Shown here in pieces: positions 25,201 to 33,931 of a DNA stretch of 62,619 nucleotides. The DNA comes from Poseidonia sp. (GTDB taxonomy: Archaea > Thermoplasmatota > Poseidoniia > Poseidoniales > Poseidoniaceae), in contig JBMZJQ010000004.1 in assembly GCA_049617635.1 (NCBI GenBank), positions 1 through 62,619 on the forward strand. Direction: 5' to 3'. A program made the position numbers and the translations under genes. Each line of letters begins with the position of its first letter. Within the stretch, counting starts at the first letter, position 1. The notes under the pieces were generated by a model. That model had not been told where the DNA came from. It was given only the letters and a program-made list of their open reading frames with translations, and did not search any database.

Positions 25201-28135
25201 TGGTGATGCCTGCATCGTTTTCGACGGCGTTGCCAACGGCTGGATCAAACAGCACAGCGTCGGGCAGCCCGTTGATGTTGTTGGCAGTCGTAAGACCCGC
25301 ATAGACGCGGACGGCGTCGGTGTCGTCCCAGGTGGGATTCACACGGAAGTGCCAGGTGATTTCATGTCCGTTGGTGATTGCCGTGGCCGAAGATGTTGAC
25401 TCCAGCGTGACGTGGTTGTGCTCATCGCTTGCTTCGGCGAACGACATGAAATCGCTCCATGAGAACTTGATGAAGCCGCCCGGCGACTCAAACGTCAACC
25501 ACGCTTCGGAGAGCGAGGTTCCCGTCAGCGGGTCAACCGTGTGCGTGGTCACAACTTCGTAAATCTCGCCGTTTGGATACAGACCCACTGGATTGTCCGT
25601 GAACGTCAACGTGTTGGCGTATCCTGTGGAGGACGACACGCTCAGGTCGCTGAGCAGCACGCCACCACCGGTGTCGGTATAGACGGCAACGGGCACGGTG
25701 GCGGTGGCACCACCGGTCCACAATGCAACACCCTGGTTCAATTCGATGTCCAAGCCATCGCTGGAACCCAAGGTGGTCGAGTAGTTGTAGACCACGTCCA
25801 AGTTGACCAACTTGGCCGTCGTACCCGATGAAGCGTTGGGAGAGTCAACCATGAACCTGAACTTCACCCAGTATCGGCCAAAGGCATCCTCGTGCGTTCC
25901 GGCCACGGAGGGGTTGCTCAGCAAGGAATTCAAGGCGCCTTTGAAGTCCATTGGAGGCGTCAACGATTCGGGGAACAACACGCTGGCGTTGGGCATATCG
26001 CCCAACTCAACGGATTGCGAACCCGCCATCAAGGAGAGCTTGAAGCCCTCTTGCGGGTCGGAGTTTGAACGGATGCTCACTTGGTCAAAGGAGATGTCGG
26101 CAGCAGACACTTCTGCGCCTTCGGGAAGCATGAAGACACCACCGCTGGCCTCACCGTTCAAATCGAGGGTGAGCGTGGCGGAATCGGCAGCGTAGTTCAC
26201 CTGATTGACGGTGCTGGATACAAACGTGGTTTGACGCCCAAACATGTCAAAGGCTGGCTCAAGGTAACCGTAGTCGACGTCGCCGTCGTCAGCGACATCG
26301 ATGCGCATGTGTTCTGCATGATGACCGAACTCAAGGTCAAACCAAATGCCACCAACATCGCAAGGGCCCTGATAGGCCGTGACCGAGGTAAATCCGAACA
26401 TGGGGGCCGCAAAGACGCTCTTGACGCCGTCGGTAACGTTCACGGGCGTGGTGGAGCCGACCGGTGTGATCTCGATGCTGGGCGACTCAGAACAATCGTC
26501 CTGAATGTAGGGTGTGACCGAGGTGATGGGGTAACTGAACTTGCTTCGTTCAACCGGTGGTGAGAACGAGGTCAGTCGGAGGTCGGGGGTGTAGATCATC
26601 GGGAATCCACCGCCCATGGTCGACCAAACGCCGTTATCGATGGAGGAAGGCCCAAAGGCGGAGTAATTGAATCCGGTCCCCACCCGAGAACCGATGCTGA
26701 ATCCGTGGAGGACCGGCGTTGAGAGTCGGTCTGGCCCAGAATCAAAATTGAATTTTAGATTGACCGCCCGGTATTGACGGGTGTCGATGTTCCACAATTC
26801 GATGATGTCGCCGCGAAGACCTGCCATGGCGCTTCCGTCTTTGCCGTAGATGAGGTTGCCGTTGGTGTCAAGCACGTCAACCGACAAGGTGGCGGAGGTG
26901 GTGGTCTCGGCTTCGAGCGTGAGGATACCGTATCCGTTTGGATGGTTATCGCCTCCCAACACCGATGGCGTCATGCCCCGCACGGTCATGCTGGCACTCT
27001 GAGGGAGAAGGTCGCCCAAGCGGAAGTTGTCGACATACCAGCCGGACATGTTGTCGTCGAGGTTCATGCCGGGGTGAGCCGTGTGGTGCATCACGAAGCG
27101 AATTTGGACGTACTTGTCAATGAAATCCGTGAGGTCGACCTCGAGCGTGATCCAACCGGAGGGGTTCTGGGGGGTGGTGGACGTACCCGCGAGGCCGTAG
27201 TGCGGATTGCTCCCGTTGAGCAAACCGCTGCAGGCGGAGTCGATGCGCCCGTTGGTGCCAGAGAAACCGCCACCGCCTTGAGCAAAGTTCGTACCAAACG
27301 TCAAGCCGTTGGAGGTTTGGTCAATGGGGAGGTAGGAGAAATCCGTTGGGTTGTAACCGGGGGGGAATCCGGGGTTGGGGGATTCGCGGATTTCAAGGTA
27401 AGCGCAGTCTGAGAACCGCTTGGAGTTGGCTTGTGAACCGGCGCGGGTCTCAAGGTTGTGCCAGGAATCAAAGTAAGCGGTTTTGTCCTTCAGCAGCGGG
27501 TCAACAAACAACTCTGCGCTGTACATGGCCACTTGGAAGGCTTCGCCGATGCCGTTGTTGTCGGTGTCGTGGTCGTCCGTGTAATTGCTGTCAGCGAGGT
27601 TTGTTCCCCAGCAATCCGCACCCGAGGCGCAGCTGGAAGGGGTGTCCGCACTGGTCAACGCACCGTGTTGCCATGCAACGCCGCTTGAGGGCATGGTGTT
27701 GGGGTCGGTGGCGTCCGCAAAACCACCGTCTGTCCCTTCAAAATCGGTCAGGAACCCTTCGGCGGCCAGCGAAACAGGCGTGGCATCAGAGCCGTCCTCG
27801 TAGGTGAACAATGCCTTATCGGAGAATTCCGTGAGTTGGTTGTTGTAGTCTGGATTCCACACACGGGGCATGGTGTCCGTATCAATGCGAACATGTGCTC
27901 CGTGCTCCACCATCGTGGTGGAGACCTTCATGGAGGCACTCGTAACGGTTTCACCGTCCGGAAGGTCAATGCTCCCATCCACGAGATTGGCGAGATCGTT
28001 TCCATCTCGAATTTCAACGTCAACGGACGCATCTCCGTTCGAAAACGTGGTCACGTTGGCAGACGCAAAGGGTGCGAGTAGCATCAAAAGCATCAGAAAA
28101 ATCGGCGTTATTTTGCGGGGCGATTCGGTTGGCAT
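22235..28135 (-). CDS. Giant (1966 aa) secreted surface protein, C-terminally TM-anchored with an acidic cytoplasmic tail
   Basis: Signal peptide (IFLMLLMLLAPFASA) and ~1850 aa of Asn/Thr/Gly/Asp-rich beta-type sequence. A TM helix (LLLIVVLLVVVIGVLGTLVFVMA) is followed by RRGGGGGG and a DE-rich tail. No catalytic motif recognised. Confidence 0.9.
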   Translation of the reverse strand: MPTESPRKITPIFLMLLMLLAPFASANVTTFSNGDASVDVEIRDGNDLANLVDGSIDLPDGETVTSASMKVSTTMVEHGAHVRIDTDTMPRVWNPDYNNQLTEFSDKALFTYEDGSDATPVSLAAEGFLTDFEGTDGGFADATDPNTMPSSGVAWQHGALTSADTPSSCASGADCWGTNLADSNYTDDHDTDNNGIGEAFQVAMYSAELFVDPLLKDKTAYFDSWHNLETRAGSQANSKRFSDCAYLEIRESPNPGFPPGYNPTDFSYLPIDQTSNGLTFGTNFAQGGGGFSGTNGRIDSACSGLLNGSNPHYGLAGTSTTPQNPSGWITLEVDLTDFIDKYVQIRFVMHHTAHPGMNLDDNMSGWYVDNFRLGDLLPQSASMTVRGMTPSVLGGDNHPNGYGILTLEAETTTSATLSVDVLDTNGNLIYGKDGSAMAGLRGDIIELWNIDTRQYRAVNLKFNFDSGPDRLSTPVLHGFSIGSRVGTGFNYSAFGPSSIDNGVWSTMGGGFPMIYTPDLRLTSFSPPVERSKFSYPITSVTPYIQDDCSESPSIEITPVGSTTPVNVTDGVKSVFAAPMFGFTSVTAYQGPCDVGGIWFDLEFGHHAEHMRIDVADDGDVDYGYLEPAFDMFGRQTTFVSSTVNQVNYAADSATLTLDLNGEASGGVFMLPEGAEVSAADISFDQVSIRSNSDPQEGFKLSLMAGSQSVELGDMPNASVLFPESLTPPMDFKGALNSLLSNPSVAGTHEDAFGRYWVKFRFMVDSPNASSGTTAKLVNLDVVYNYSTTLGSSDGLDIELNQGVALWTGGATATVPVAVYTDTGGGVLLSDLSVSSSTGYANTLTFTDNPVGLYPNGEIYEVVTTHTVDPLTGTSLSEAWLTFESPGGFIKFSWSDFMSFAEASDEHNHVTLESTSSATAITNGHEITWHFRVNPTWDDTDAVRVYAGLTTANNINGLPDAVLFDPAVGNAVENDAGITMFQLQNSIGVEQALTGAESGQDINLIGQVRLQDLNEAPDPSSYYLVLELKHVNTTDGNLTIEWEEVANRSGVIGGDFNWNIDLGNAAGSETYRFAVRGYEGGDLLCPPSEYNPDETCAIPFDITIDTYEPNLLEIQVLSPGTDASVDSNWRTLLDDTWVVPQQAQKIRMSSQDLPNPPATLDLHLWVEHDHDGTNEQPQDGIPQPEEYITVTMTGDGEAPTANYTGEYNDYANQGLEGKVSLWVEGYDLAGNPIDGGAPGFDNDRVTYVSMTSKSPVIRNFFIEDSKGNGFLNSNELQWDGTWNQTMYAGNTYHLILEASDDNGWRDVDFFKINLDKTTDAEGKVQDMNVWYFPRNETAWSDSPHISIVNDGNVAPTMLTMDNTALIDPFEADFILNIPIRINWGVVGLDGKDIEPKLQMQDLDNPLYTMLSGVPGRYIQIWRYSDGMQLDFRTDEANNLMVTPYFEDLSEPYTSDVREGFVYAGDTVRFAGQFAFREGIYDSVYINPEVELTMEIVRQNAAEDFGKGYIATPGETVLHTFTGGVFDINITAPVFTNEYTYTFRLINLPTGAEDFTSALCATSTSYGCGTFELKVDRTPPEVVANTWLAERGALPALDENRPIANVLSTATYHCVDIQVQIKEQEAMFPGDLQVNWMFYSNDINYFPWPEFNQISDGEPMTETLSLTTIAGGYLATATCVDLWPVGEGVFDANPTTTKEQAPLLVFWVSGVDSAGSNVRLGGGPQEDGTVLPIFSSEAKYKSQYTFIHEEATFEVRDVLLDDDPRVGDSMKMQIKVKNTGTMSGVAELVIKSVTDSGTPVVEKIVTSEELGIAEESDWIIVQLEPFAEQTTGMYYTISLNGSSDTIYDGSTSGDVFNVKVAEEEDSSSLLLIVVLLVVVIGVLGTLVFVMARRGGGGGGSMLDDEYEDEDDEEAYSESGKVLAEIPADVDPEMARAMQTFPQWTQAEIQGYFDQGWTVESLQDWVNNQ

Positions 28136-28235
28136 GGTGTCACCTACGCTCCCCGGAAGCCTTGACCACCTAAAATCTCGTCGCTCTTCCGACTCTGCAT
28201 ACCGATTTGACGGCCTTTGGCTGGCTGAATTGAAG

Positions 28236-28739
28236 ATGAGTTATGAGGGAGAACAGGTTGGCAGGTTCATGGAGCCTTATTCCACCGAACCGGTGACCCT
28301 GATTGAAGAGGTGTTTCCACAAGACACCAACGCCTACGACACCTTGTTTGGTGGTCGATTACTCTCGCTGATGGACAAAGCAGGTGGGATCGCTTGTGCC
28401 AAATTTGCCCACCGCGAATTTGTCACGATTTCCATCGACACACTGACCTTCATCGCTCCCGCCCGTCAGGGTGACTTGTTGGAAGTGACCGGTCGCGTGG
28501 TGTTCACCAGCAGCCACACGGCTTGCACGAAAGTCACGGCGTACACCATGAGCAAGGCCACCTGGGAAAAGAGCATCATTTGCGAGGGGTACTTCTTTTT
28601 CGTCGCCATCGATTCCATGATGCGCCCCATTCCTGTGCCTCAATTCACACCTTCTTCAGAGGAGGAAACCGAGGACTGGAACAAGGCCAAAGCCATTCGG
28701 GACAACATGCTGGCGCAAAAGGCCAAGCGCCAAGAATGA
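28236..28739 (+). CDS. Acyl-CoA thioesterase (hotdog fold, YciA/ACOT-like)
   Basis: VFPQDTNAYDTLFGGRLLSLMDKAGG matches the P-x-D-x-N-x-x-G-x-x-FGG-x-L motif of acyl-CoA hydrolases. The ATG at 28236 was chosen because upstream codons would overlap the divergent giant gene's promoter region. Confidence 0.8.
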   Translation: MSYEGEQVGRFMEPYSTEPVTLIEEVFPQDTNAYDTLFGGRLLSLMDKAGGIACAKFAHREFVTISIDTLTFIAPARQGDLLEVTGRVVFTSSHTACTKVTAYTMSKATWEKSIICEGYFFFVAIDSMMRPIPVPQFTPSSEEETEDWNKAKAIRDNMLAQKAKRQE

Positions 28740-28779
28740 CCACCTATGGATTCATCAAGCAAAGGCAGGTCGTGGGAAC

Positions 28780-29805
28780 ATGGTCGTGCTCAACGTCGCC
28801 GTGATCGCCTCGGATGAATTGGCCAAAAGCATCGCGAAAGCGGCTGACCAACGCGACGTCCACACCTACGTGCACAAGGAAAACGGACCCGATGGCGCCC
28901 GAATCATCTCGTTGATTCGCCCCGCCAAATACCCCGAACGTTTGCGTCCGTTCCTCAATGCCTTGTCAACCGCCCAAGCCGGCATCATCGAAGTGACGGC
29001 TGTTGATGCCACGCTTGGTGAAGCGTTGGTTGCTTTTGCCAGTGCGGGTATCAAACGAGGTCTCGCCGTCATCAACCCCCCCCAGGGGTCGTGGGTGGAC
29101 GAGGACCAAGTGAAGATGCTGTTCAATCAAGCCGGCTTGTCGGCATGGACCTTTGAGTCCAACGACGGCATCCATCTCAGGGAACGCATGTACGCCTTGA
29201 TGGATGACATCGACAGCGTGTTGGCGGCCAACGCCGCTGCACCGTTGGTGTTGCCCGTTGACCAACATTTCAACGTGAAGGGCATCGGCTTGGTGGCCAT
29301 CGGGTACGTCCAAGCAGGGCAGGTCAAGGTGCACGATGAACTCGTTCTCCTCCCTGCCAACGGAGGTGGGACGGCGAAGTCCTTGCAGGTGATGGACGAC
29401 GATGTGGACACGGCTTCAGCGGGTGACCGCGTCGGATTAGCGCTTCGAAACGCCAACGAAGATCACCTCAACGGCAGCACCCTCATCGTTCACCCCGCTG
29501 TTGACGACAAACGCACCAACACGTCTGTTCCCCTCGCTCTCGAGCAACACGCTTCCTCGTCCATCGACCTCACCGTCTCCCCGTTCCAAAAGCGGGCCCT
29601 TGAAGTGGGAGACGTCGTTCATGCCAGCGTTGACCTTCAGTTTGTGGTGGGCAGAATCCAAGCGGTCAACGGTTCGACCATGATCGTTGAATGGGAACAT
29701 CCGCTGTTCATCCGCCGCACCTCTCCCCCGCCGTTGCTCATCGCCCAGTTGGACGCAAAGCCACGCATCATGGGTTCGGCCGTGGCCACCAAGCACGAAG
29801 CGTGA
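28780..29805 (+). CDS. EF-Tu/SelB-like protein with a degenerate (pseudo-)GTPase domain and intact domain II
   Basis: N-terminal NVAVIASDELAKS replaces the GHVDHGKS P-loop, and no DxxG or NKxD motif is present. The domain II beta-barrel signature is VDQHFNVKGIGLVAIGYVQAGQVKVHDELVLLP...KSLQVMDDDVDTASAGDRVGLALRN. Confidence 0.7.
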   Translation: MVVLNVAVIASDELAKSIAKAADQRDVHTYVHKENGPDGARIISLIRPAKYPERLRPFLNALSTAQAGIIEVTAVDATLGEALVAFASAGIKRGLAVINPPQGSWVDEDQVKMLFNQAGLSAWTFESNDGIHLRERMYALMDDIDSVLAANAAAPLVLPVDQHFNVKGIGLVAIGYVQAGQVKVHDELVLLPANGGGTAKSLQVMDDDVDTASAGDRVGLALRNANEDHLNGSTLIVHPAVDDKRTNTSVPLALEQHASSSIDLTVSPFQKRALEVGDVVHASVDLQFVVGRIQAVNGSTMIVEWEHPLFIRRTSPPPLLIAQLDAKPRIMGSAVATKHEA

Positions 29806-29864
29806 TTCGGCGTTTCGATTGACCCCTGTTTTTCCGACCGAGATTCCGCTCAATCTGCGGTGGT

Positions 29865-31373
29865 TTGATAACCTCGCAGGGCTCCACACGCAGCGGGATG
29901 CACGAGATTGGACAGGGTTCTGTTCCAACCGGTGACTCGGACGTTGAAACGTTCACCTCACTGCGGTTGGCCGAACCAGCAGAACGGGTGAACATCACGC
30001 TCGATGAGCGGATGCTCAGCATTCAAGGCAAACGGCAAGCCACCTTTGAAGTTCGAATCAACGCCATTCACACCATGAAACATTACTCGACCAACCTCGC
30101 ACCAGCGTGGATGCTCATCCTCGGTTTCGCCATGCTATGGATCGGCTACAGACTGATGGTTCCTCCGCTCTACCGATTGGCGTTCATGGGTGCGGGAAGT
30201 GGCATGATTCTGGCACGATTCATCACCAAACAGCCGACCTTGGCCATGCAAACAACCTCCGGTGACAACTTCGTGGTCCATGGGAACGAGCGTACGCTCA
30301 ATCGTCTCAGTTTCATGTTCCACCATTTGGCCAACGGGAAATCCTTGTCGCAAGTCAGGCACATGTTAGCGGCTATTCAAGCAGAAAGGACCGCTGACTG
30401 GTCAGCGGGCGACGTCCTACCGGCTCCGGAACTTCCGGTCGTTATTCATACACCCAAACCGGTGGACATGTTCCTCGCATCCAATGACGAAGGTACAGAA
30501 TCCACAGAATGGGGCCTGGACGACATCGTTCCTGAATGGACGCCAACCCAAGAACCCGAGCCGGTGACCAGCGTCATGATGTCCCATCTTATTCCGGGCT
30601 ATTTTGCAACCCAAACAACCACGACGGCCAACACCTATCCCGTTGACCACAGCCCAACACCCGTCAACCGACCGGTGCTCGTTCCGTTTTCTCCACCACC
30701 CATGCACCAAGGAGAGCGTTCCGAACAGGAGACGCAGGTGTTCATCCCTTCCTTCATGAACCGAGATGAAGCCCATGTACCCGGCCTCATGCCCGCGACA
30801 GAAGAGAACACACCTGACCTTCCCCTCCTCGATGAACAACAGGTGCTCGATGCTGACATGGTGCTCGATGCCGAAATGATTGATCCCCCCGTTGAACCTG
30901 TCCCACCCGCTGTTGCGCGAGAATCCCTGTTGTCACCAAGGCCACAGCGAACCATCGAAGACACGATGTTTGAGCCGCGTCGGGCACGTTCGCTGCGACC
31001 AAACGCCTCACGTAGGGAAGCATGGGCCAGCACCTTGCTCTCCCGTTCGGAGGGGCTCATCAACCGACTCAGACCCGCTCAACGGCCTCGTCCTTTTGCG
31101 ACAACGGAAACATCGGGAGCGCTGCGAGAGCAGGCCGAAGCGAGTCGCCCTGAACCGAGCGCCGTCATGTCCAACCTCTCCGAAGCAAATGGGGGTGTGT
31201 TGGACGCCGAAGAGACTGCACGCCTGAGAGCAAGGTCGGAACAAATTCTCGCTGCAGCCAGCACCATCCAAAGCGAACAAGAACCCGATTTGGACGCCCT
31301 CTCGTTCAGTGATTTACAACCCAGTCGAGGCGAGGAAGAAACGGTCAATGTTCCTCGCCTTGATGAGGACTGA
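29865..31373 (+). CDS. Hypothetical membrane protein with a long Pro/Glu-rich disordered C-terminus
   Basis: Two adjacent TM helices (LAPAWMLILGFAMLWIGY, FMGAGSGMILARFI) flanked by PH-like beta segments. The start is uncertain: TTG at 29865, first ATG at 29898. Confidence 0.55.
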   Translation: MITSQGSTRSGMHEIGQGSVPTGDSDVETFTSLRLAEPAERVNITLDERMLSIQGKRQATFEVRINAIHTMKHYSTNLAPAWMLILGFAMLWIGYRLMVPPLYRLAFMGAGSGMILARFITKQPTLAMQTTSGDNFVVHGNERTLNRLSFMFHHLANGKSLSQVRHMLAAIQAERTADWSAGDVLPAPELPVVIHTPKPVDMFLASNDEGTESTEWGLDDIVPEWTPTQEPEPVTSVMMSHLIPGYFATQTTTTANTYPVDHSPTPVNRPVLVPFSPPPMHQGERSEQETQVFIPSFMNRDEAHVPGLMPATEENTPDLPLLDEQQVLDADMVLDAEMIDPPVEPVPPAVARESLLSPRPQRTIEDTMFEPRRARSLRPNASRREAWASTLLSRSEGLINRLRPAQRPRPFATTETSGALREQAEASRPEPSAVMSNLSEANGGVLDAEETARLRARSEQILAAASTIQSEQEPDLDALSFSDLQPSRGEEETVNVPRLDED

Positions 31374-31374
31374 T

Positions 31375-32307
31375 TCATCCCTGCACCATGGACACGTAGG
31401 ATGCGTATCGCTCGGCAAAAGCCACATCGTCAAGGGCACGAAGCGCCTCGGTGCCAAACGCCTCAAGCGTAAAACTGGCCGAGACGGTGGCCACCATCAG
31501 GCCTTCGTGAAGTTCTTCCCTTGTCAGGGCGGAGGTGTGCTGCGAGAGATGAGCTGCCAGCGCACCGGCAAACGTATCGCCGCAACCGGTCGGGTCGACG
31601 ACATCGGGGGTTGGGTAGGCCGGCAGGGCGATGAACGAGCCGTCATGAAGAGCCAAGACACCGTGCTCACCCCGTTTCACGACGAGGGTGTTCGTGCCGG
31701 TCATCTCCGCCAAGCCTTGCATCGCACGGACGATGTTTGCATCGTCCATCAACATCCGAACCTCGCCATCGTTGATGATGACCAAATCCACCATGCGCAT
31801 GGTTTCAAGCAGGGCATCTCTGGCAATTGAAATCCAGAGGTTCATTGAATCGAGCATGGTCAGCCGTTGAGGTGTGGTTTGTTCGATCACGCTTTGTTGG
31901 ATGGCAGGGTGAAGGTTTGCACAGAAGAGAACGACAGGGGTGTTGAGGTGCTCAGGCACGTCGGGTTGGAAGTGCTCGAAGACGTTCAGGTAAGTGGCCA
32001 AGGTTTCGGCCTCCGCCATGGCTCCGGTGTAGGCACCTTCCCATCGGAAGGTCTCGCCATCAGCAACGACCAAGCCTGAAAGGTCCAATCCTGCATGTTC
32101 CAAAACGCTGCGGTCCTTCGCTGCAAAATCCGAGCCAACCACACCGACCAAACCTGCACCTGCAAGGTCGAGACGTTGGAGATGAAACTGGCAGGAAAGT
32201 CCGCCGTAAGTGGCCGAGCCCCCGAGTGCATCCACCACCTGTCCTGCTGGTGATGAAACGGAATCGTATGCAAGACTTCCAACGATAAGGACGCTCATGA
32301 CAACCAC
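31375..32307 (-). CDS. PfkB-family (ribokinase-like) sugar/nucleoside kinase
   Basis: N-terminal IVGSLAYD...LGGSATY and the PfkB signature DPTGCGDTFAGAL. Confidence 0.85.
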   Translation of the reverse strand: MVVMSVLIVGSLAYDSVSSPAGQVVDALGGSATYGGLSCQFHLQRLDLAGAGLVGVVGSDFAAKDRSVLEHAGLDLSGLVVADGETFRWEGAYTGAMAEAETLATYLNVFEHFQPDVPEHLNTPVVLFCANLHPAIQQSVIEQTTPQRLTMLDSMNLWISIARDALLETMRMVDLVIINDGEVRMLMDDANIVRAMQGLAEMTGTNTLVVKRGEHGVLALHDGSFIALPAYPTPDVVDPTGCGDTFAGALAAHLSQHTSALTREELHEGLMVATVSASFTLEAFGTEALRALDDVAFAERYASYVSMVQG

Positions 32308-32316
32308 CTTTCAATG

Positions 32317-33657
32317 TCAACCGAGCAGTTCCTGATGCATCTCGATGTACTGAATCGTGATATCGCCGTTGTTGAAATCTTCCTCGTCCATGATACGACG
32401 GTGCAGGGGAATGAGGTGTTCCACGCCCGTGATCATCGTTTCGTCCAGGGCCGTCTTCATACGACGAACCGCGTCCTCGCGGTCCCTGCCCCACACCAGC
32501 AATTTGGCAAGAAGAGAATCGAAGCAGCCCGGCATTTCGTAACCAGCGTGGGCGTGGGTGTCGCAACGGATACCGAAGCCGCTGGGGAAATGGCACTCCC
32601 ACAGGCGGCCGGGACTTGGGACGAACTCCCTCGGGTCCTCGGCATTAAGACGACACTGGATGGCATGGCCCCGCCACGTGATGTCCTCTTGCTTGAGCGG
32701 GAGGGCTTCACCTTGGGCGACACGAATACCAAGTTCGACGAGGTTGTGTCCGGTGATGAGCTCCGTAACGGTGTGCTCAACCTGAACACGAGGGTTCACT
32801 TCGAGGAAGTAAAAATCGCCGTTGGCGTCCCGCAGGAACTCAAACGTGGCCAGACCCTTGTAGCCAACGGATTCTGCTCCCTTGCACACCAATGCTCCAA
32901 TTTCGGCTCGCTTTTCATCGGTGAGCCACGGGCCTTCTTCCACGAGTTTCTGATGGCGCCGCTGGATGGAACAGAAGCGCTCGCCGAAATGAATGGCGTT
33001 TTTCCCGTCGGCCAGCACCTGGAATTCCACGTGCTGCGCACCCTGAATGTACTTCTCAACGAAAACCCGCTCGTCGCCGAAGGCTGACTTTGCACGAGAC
33101 TGGCAGAGTTTGAGCGCACTCTCGAACTGGTCGGCTTGCTCAACGATTTGCATGCCGATGCCGCCACCGCCTGCTGCGGCTTTGATGATCACTGGGTAAC
33201 CGATTTCATCAGCGAGCGCACTGGCAACATCGGCGCTGGCAATGGGTTCTGAAGAGCCCTTGGCTGTTGGCAAACCGGCCGCCTCCATGGCGGCTCGAGC
33301 CTCAATTTTGTCACCGAGCAGCGTGATGACGCCCGAGGCTGGGCCGATGAACGTGATGCCTTCTTCCTCGAGGCGAGCGACGAAGGCAGCATTCTCGGCC
33401 AAAAAGCCGTAGCCGGGATGGACAGCATCGCATTCGAGTTCTTTGGCGGCTTGAACAACGGCTTCGATGTCCAAGTAGGAATCGAGCGGGTTGCTTCGGT
33501 AGTTTGGGTAAGCGATGTCGGCCATTTGCACCGGAAGCGACAGGCGGTCTTCTCGACCGTGGATGATGGCCGCCTCAATGCCCATGTCACGGAGTGTTCT
33601 CAAGATGCGAAGAGCGATTTCTCCTCTGTTGGCAATCAGCACCCGCTTGAAGCCCAT
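32317..33657 (-). CDS. accC: Biotin carboxylase subunit (acetyl/propionyl-CoA carboxylase AccC or pyruvate carboxylase subunit A)
   Basis: KRVLIANRGEIALRILRT, the ATP-grasp region, and EVNPRVQVEHTVTE. Confidence 0.9.
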   Translation of the reverse strand: MGFKRVLIANRGEIALRILRTLRDMGIEAAIIHGREDRLSLPVQMADIAYPNYRSNPLDSYLDIEAVVQAAKELECDAVHPGYGFLAENAAFVARLEEEGITFIGPASGVITLLGDKIEARAAMEAAGLPTAKGSSEPIASADVASALADEIGYPVIIKAAAGGGGIGMQIVEQADQFESALKLCQSRAKSAFGDERVFVEKYIQGAQHVEFQVLADGKNAIHFGERFCSIQRRHQKLVEEGPWLTDEKRAEIGALVCKGAESVGYKGLATFEFLRDANGDFYFLEVNPRVQVEHTVTELITGHNLVELGIRVAQGEALPLKQEDITWRGHAIQCRLNAEDPREFVPSPGRLWECHFPSGFGIRCDTHAHAGYEMPGCFDSLLAKLLVWGRDREDAVRRMKTALDETMITGVEHLIPLHRRIMDEEDFNNGDITIQYIEMHQELLG

Positions 33658-33931
33658 GCCTCTACGGCAGCCGAGTCAATCTATGAGCAAAGCGGTCGGT
33701 TCTTTCACTTGTTTGTGTTCTCTCAACAGGCCACGCATCGATGAAATGTCGAGGTTTCAAACATGGAGTCCCATCGTCTTCTTCTTGCCAACCAATCTTG
33801 GAAATTCCCAACTGGTTCCGAAGAAAAGAGAACCTGAAAAAGACAAGTTGCTGGTTATTGATTTCGGTTTTTCGGGGATTTTTGTGATTTTTGGGCCGAA
33901 GATTGATATGTGCACACACCTATAGCCACGC

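Noticed and set aside
33658-33931. A possible C/D-box sRNA (CGATGA ... CTGA) in the AT-rich spacer.
   Set aside because: The C-box is imperfect. The boxes are ~95 nt apart, which is too long for archaeal C/D sRNAs. No C'/D' pair or terminal stem is present.
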